Of a stretch of DNA of 30,481 bases, positions 27,549 through 30,481 are shown one piece after another. The stretch is from Oligoflexia bacterium. Lineage in GTDB: Bacteria; Bdellovibrionota; Bdellovibrionia; JABDDW01. Below the pieces are notes generated by a model. The model was not told where the DNA came from. It saw nothing but the letters and a program-made list of their open reading frames with translations, and searched no databases. Location of the stretch: the NCBI GenBank assembly GCA_043732305.1, contig JAYTHU010000131.1:1-30481 (forward strand). The letters run 5' to 3'. The position numbers and the translations under genes are program-made. The number at the start of each line of letters is the position of its first letter. Position 1 is the stretch's first letter.

Positions 27549-28829
27549 ATGCGCCACGCAATATTAGCAGTAATGCTTTTGTTTTGTTTTAATGCCCAAG
27601 GAGCAGAATTAAAAAATTGGACCGTTTTAGTTTATCTCAATGGTCATAATAATTTATCCAATTTTGGGGCTTTTAATATCAACGAGATGGAACGAATTGG
27701 TTCTACCGAGAAAGTAGACGTAGTTGTCCAGTGGGCCACGGAAGATCAAGAACCCAACAGCAGTTTATTCAATCCCAAGTACACCTATTCTACCAAAAGA
27801 ATTTATGTGGTCAAAAACGAATCCGGCGTAGGCGGCGTCACCTCTCCCACTTTACAAACCATGCATAATGTAGACATGGGAAACCCCAAAAACATTGTCG
27901 ACTTTATTTCATGGGGCGCCGAACATTTTCCAGCCAAACATTATCTCGTGGCCATCTGGGATCACGGAGGAGGTTGGCATTTTGAGGATTACAACCCCAT
28001 GGGAACGGCAAATATTTCTTCAATACATGCTCCATTTCCAGTTTTTGGGTTCACTGATATAAGCTGGGATGATAGAAGCGGAAATTTTGTTTCCACCGCT
28101 GATCTTGGAAACGCAATGTACCAAGCGGCAAGTTTGATTGGCCAAAAAATTGATGTCTACGGCAGTGACGCCTGCTTGATGGCAATGCCCGAAGTTTCTA
28201 CTGAGATGAGAAAAGCCGTGAACTATTTCGTTGGATCTGAACAAGTCGAACCTGGCCAAGGTTGGCCCTATTATTCGATTTTATTAGATCTCAACACAAT
28301 GGCCGATGACTCCCCTGCCAATGTTGCAAAGATGGTCGTGAAAAATTACGTCTCAGCCTACGCTCCCAATGGTGAGCACAAGCAATCTGAAGTGACTTTT
28401 TCGGCCCTCGATCTTCAGTCCGACAATCAGGTGGGACTGCTTGCGGCGATTAAGAATTTGGCAACGGCAGTGATGGGTCTTAATGTCGATCAAAAAAACC
28501 TTGTCGTCACGGCGATTCAAAACACCCAAAGTTTTGACTACAACGATTACGGTGATTTACCGGATTTTCTGAATCAAATAGACGCTTTGAAAATCCAGAC
28601 TCCCGCACTTCAAACAGCCATACTTCAAGTTCGAACAGAACTCGCAAGTCTGATTATTGCTCATGCGGAAACTTCTACTTTTGCCAACGCCCATGGACTG
28701 TCTATGTGGCTTCCAAAAGATAACGAAACTTTCAAAAAGTTTTACAAAAAATATCAGACTTTAGATTTCACTCGCATCACTGGTTGGGGCGATGCTTTGA
28801 ATTCTCTAAATCTTACGCCGCAGTCCTAA
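27549..28829 (+). CDS. Secreted clostripain-family (C11) cysteine peptidase
   Basis: GGAGGAG RBS; signal peptide; WTVLVYLNGHNNL, DMGNP, HYLVAIWDHGGGW (catalytic His), DACLMAMPEV (catalytic Cys), GSEQVEP. Confidence 0.9.
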   Translation: MRHAILAVMLLFCFNAQGAELKNWTVLVYLNGHNNLSNFGAFNINEMERIGSTEKVDVVVQWATEDQEPNSSLFNPKYTYSTKRIYVVKNESGVGGVTSPTLQTMHNVDMGNPKNIVDFISWGAEHFPAKHYLVAIWDHGGGWHFEDYNPMGTANISSIHAPFPVFGFTDISWDDRSGNFVSTADLGNAMYQAASLIGQKIDVYGSDACLMAMPEVSTEMRKAVNYFVGSEQVEPGQGWPYYSILLDLNTMADDSPANVAKMVVKNYVSAYAPNGEHKQSEVTFSALDLQSDNQVGLLAAIKNLATAVMGLNVDQKNLVVTAIQNTQSFDYNDYGDLPDFLNQIDALKIQTPALQTAILQVRTELASLIIAHAETSTFANAHGLSMWLPKDNETFKKFYKKYQTLDFTRITGWGDALNSLNLTPQS

Positions 28830-28881
28830 GGAATTTAGTTTATTTTAGTGAGTGCCCGGGATTTATCTGTTAGTTACTATT

Positions 28882-29847
28882 ATGGCTAAAGATCTCCCGG
28901 GTCCTAACCCGTCCAAGTTAAAAATTATTGCAGGAAACTCTAGTCAAGTGCTCGCACTGGACATAGCCAATAACATCGGCGTTGAACTCGCGAAGGTGAG
29001 TCTCAAAAGATTCAGCGATGGCGAGGTCAATCTCGAAATTCAAGAAAACGTCCGCGGATGCGATGTTTTTGTGGTTCAAAGCACCTGCCCTCCTTCAAAC
29101 GACAGTTACGTAGAACTTTTTATTATTCTCGATGCCTTGAAAAGAGCATCGGCTGCTCGGATCACTGCGGTCATGCCCTATTACGGATATGCTCGCCAAG
29201 ATAGAAAAGTAGCTCCCCGAGCACCCATCACAGCAAAACTCATGGCCGATCTTTTGACAAAAGCCGGAGCAGATAGAGTCCTTTCTATCGATTTACATGC
29301 CGGACAAATCCAAGGATTTTTTGATATTCCAGTGGATCACCTATTCAGTAAACCTGTGCTCATTCAGTACCTTATGGAACAAAAGCAAGGCGATTTGGTT
29401 ATTATCAGCCCTGACGCTGGCGGTGTGGAACGAGCACGGTCATTCGCGAAACGATTAGACGCCTCCGTAGCTTTCATCGACAAGAGGCGGACAGGCCCCA
29501 ATGTGGCCGAAGCGCTAAATTTAGTCGGAGATGTGGCCGGCAAAGACGCTTTGATCTTGGACGATTTGATAGATACTGCAGGAACTCTCACACAAGCAGT
29601 TGACACATTGCTACGACATGGGGCAAAAAAGGTATCTGCCTGTGCGACTCATCCGGTTCTTTCTGGCCCAGCCATAAAAAGAATCAACGATAGCCAGTTG
29701 CAAGAAGTTGTTGTTACAGATACTATCCCGCTTTCAGAAGAAGCTAAAGGCTGCAGCAAAATCAAACAGCTGTCAGTAGCGCCGCTACTCGCGGAAGCGA
29801 TCAAACGAATTCACGGCAATGACTCTGTGAGCTCGTTATTTATTTAA
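28882..29847 (+). CDS. prs: Ribose-phosphate pyrophosphokinase
   Basis: RFSDGE, PYYGYARQDRK, DLHAGQIQGFF, SPDAGG, DDLIDTAGT, SVSSLF; upstream of rplY. Confidence 0.97.
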   Translation: MAKDLPGPNPSKLKIIAGNSSQVLALDIANNIGVELAKVSLKRFSDGEVNLEIQENVRGCDVFVVQSTCPPSNDSYVELFIILDALKRASAARITAVMPYYGYARQDRKVAPRAPITAKLMADLLTKAGADRVLSIDLHAGQIQGFFDIPVDHLFSKPVLIQYLMEQKQGDLVIISPDAGGVERARSFAKRLDASVAFIDKRRTGPNVAEALNLVGDVAGKDALILDDLIDTAGTLTQAVDTLLRHGAKKVSACATHPVLSGPAIKRINDSQLQEVVVTDTIPLSEEAKGCSKIKQLSVAPLLAEAIKRIHGNDSVSSLFI

Positions 29848-29884
29848 GCCATGCGGTCGAACCCGTGGTGAGAAAGGTGTTGTC

Positions 29885-30481
29885 ATGAAAACAGTCGAAT
29901 TAGAAGTAACCTCCCGCAAGGAAACCGGAAAAGGCCCCAATCGCCGTTTGCGCGTTCTAGGTCTAGTGCCTGCGAATCTTTACGGATCGAGCACAAAAAA
30001 TATGAACATTCAGACCGAAACAAAATTTATTTCTAATATTCTCAAACAACACAGTGAGAACGCTATCATCACCTTGAAAAGTGCTGATGCGGCCATCAAC
30101 GGAAAGCACGTCCTGATCAAAGACTGGGACCGTGACATCATGACCCGTTTGCCAATGCACATTGATTTCATCGAGATCGACATGACTAAATCTGTTCGAG
30201 TCAAAGTCGCTCTGCATTTCATTGGAAAAGCTAAAGGTCTTGCTGAAGGCGGACTCGTTTCACCCATCGTTCGTGAAATTGAAGTTGATTGTCTTCCTAC
30301 TCAGATTCCAGAAGAAATCATCATTGACGTTACAAACCTCGGTGTTGGCGACTCTATCCACATGGAAGAACTCGTTGTTCCTGAAGGCGTCACTAAAGTG
30401 TTCATTGAAAACTACACCGTGGTCACTTGTTCTTACATCAAAGAAGAAGTTGCTGCTCCTATGGTTGCTGCTGACGGAGCT
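29885..30481 (+). CDS. rplY: 50S ribosomal protein L25/Ctc, long form (runs off window edge)
   Basis: AAAGGTG RBS; MKTVELEVTSRKETGKGPNRRLR...VPANLYG...MHIDF...AKGLAEGG...CLPTQIPEEIIIDVTNLGVGDSIH; follows prs. Confidence 0.95.
   Translation, partial: MKTVELEVTSRKETGKGPNRRLRVLGLVPANLYGSSTKNMNIQTETKFISNILKQHSENAIITLKSADAAINGKHVLIKDWDRDIMTRLPMHIDFIEIDMTKSVRVKVALHFIGKAKGLAEGGLVSPIVREIEVDCLPTQIPEEIIIDVTNLGVGDSIHMEELVVPEGVTKVFIENYTVVTCSYIKEEVAAPMVAADGA

Noticed and set aside
28830..28881. tRNA-Gln, often found upstream of prs
   Set aside because: The gap is only about 52 nt and has no cloverleaf or T-loop motif.
723..30267. Numerous short antisense or alternate-frame ORFs in the ORF track (e.g. 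4938..5228, 9219..9566, 24972..25403, 29963..30217)
   Set aside because: They lie within well-supported genes and show no recognisable motifs; they are shadow ORFs.
1..30481. Genome-wide UGA reassignment (code 4 or 25) to explain the internal TGAs
   Set aside because: RF2 with its CTT-TGA frameshift is intact, and many genes (lpxA, fabZ, prfB, mazG, the acyl-ligase fusion) end in TGA overlapping the next start codon.
1..30481. CRISPR array, IS element, prophage or known anti-phage defence operon
   Set aside because: No regularly spaced repeats, transposase/integrase motifs or phage genes were seen; mazG is the housekeeping two-domain type and the HNH ORF stands alone.

Overview
Bacterial chromosomal window read with genetic code 11; gene content and protein style suggest Bdellovibrionota or a related deltaproteobacterial lineage (inference, not searched). 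Left third (minus strand): translation and outer-membrane/lipid A cluster ybeY-prfB(+1 frameshift)-lolE/F-lolD-[HNH remnant on + strand]-bamA-skp-lpxD-fabZ-lpxA-gnnA-like-lpxB(partial). Middle and right: mazG, an Slt70-like lytic transglycosylase, a methyltransferase-like orphan, a MepA-like endopeptidase, a MacB/FtsX-type ABC pair, a DUF4337-like protein, a small lipoprotein, polyprenyl synthase plus MenA, an outer-membrane beta-barrel, an orphan FlgC-derived protein with a Sec signal peptide, an NAD(P)-dependent epimerase/reductase, a lipoprotein / adenylation-ACP-acyltransferase fusion / HD hydrolase operon, a clostripain-family protease, prs and rplY (partial). Most unusual: (i) a signal-peptide-bearing, four-Cys FlgC derivative outside any flagellar operon; (ii) two genes (lpxD and mepA-like) each interrupted by one in-frame TGA although TGA is clearly a stop elsewhere; (iii) the A-ACP-LPLAT lipid acylation operon; (iv) a 21-codon uORF coupled to ybeY-prfB. 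No rRNA, tRNA, CRISPR array or intact IS element was seen.
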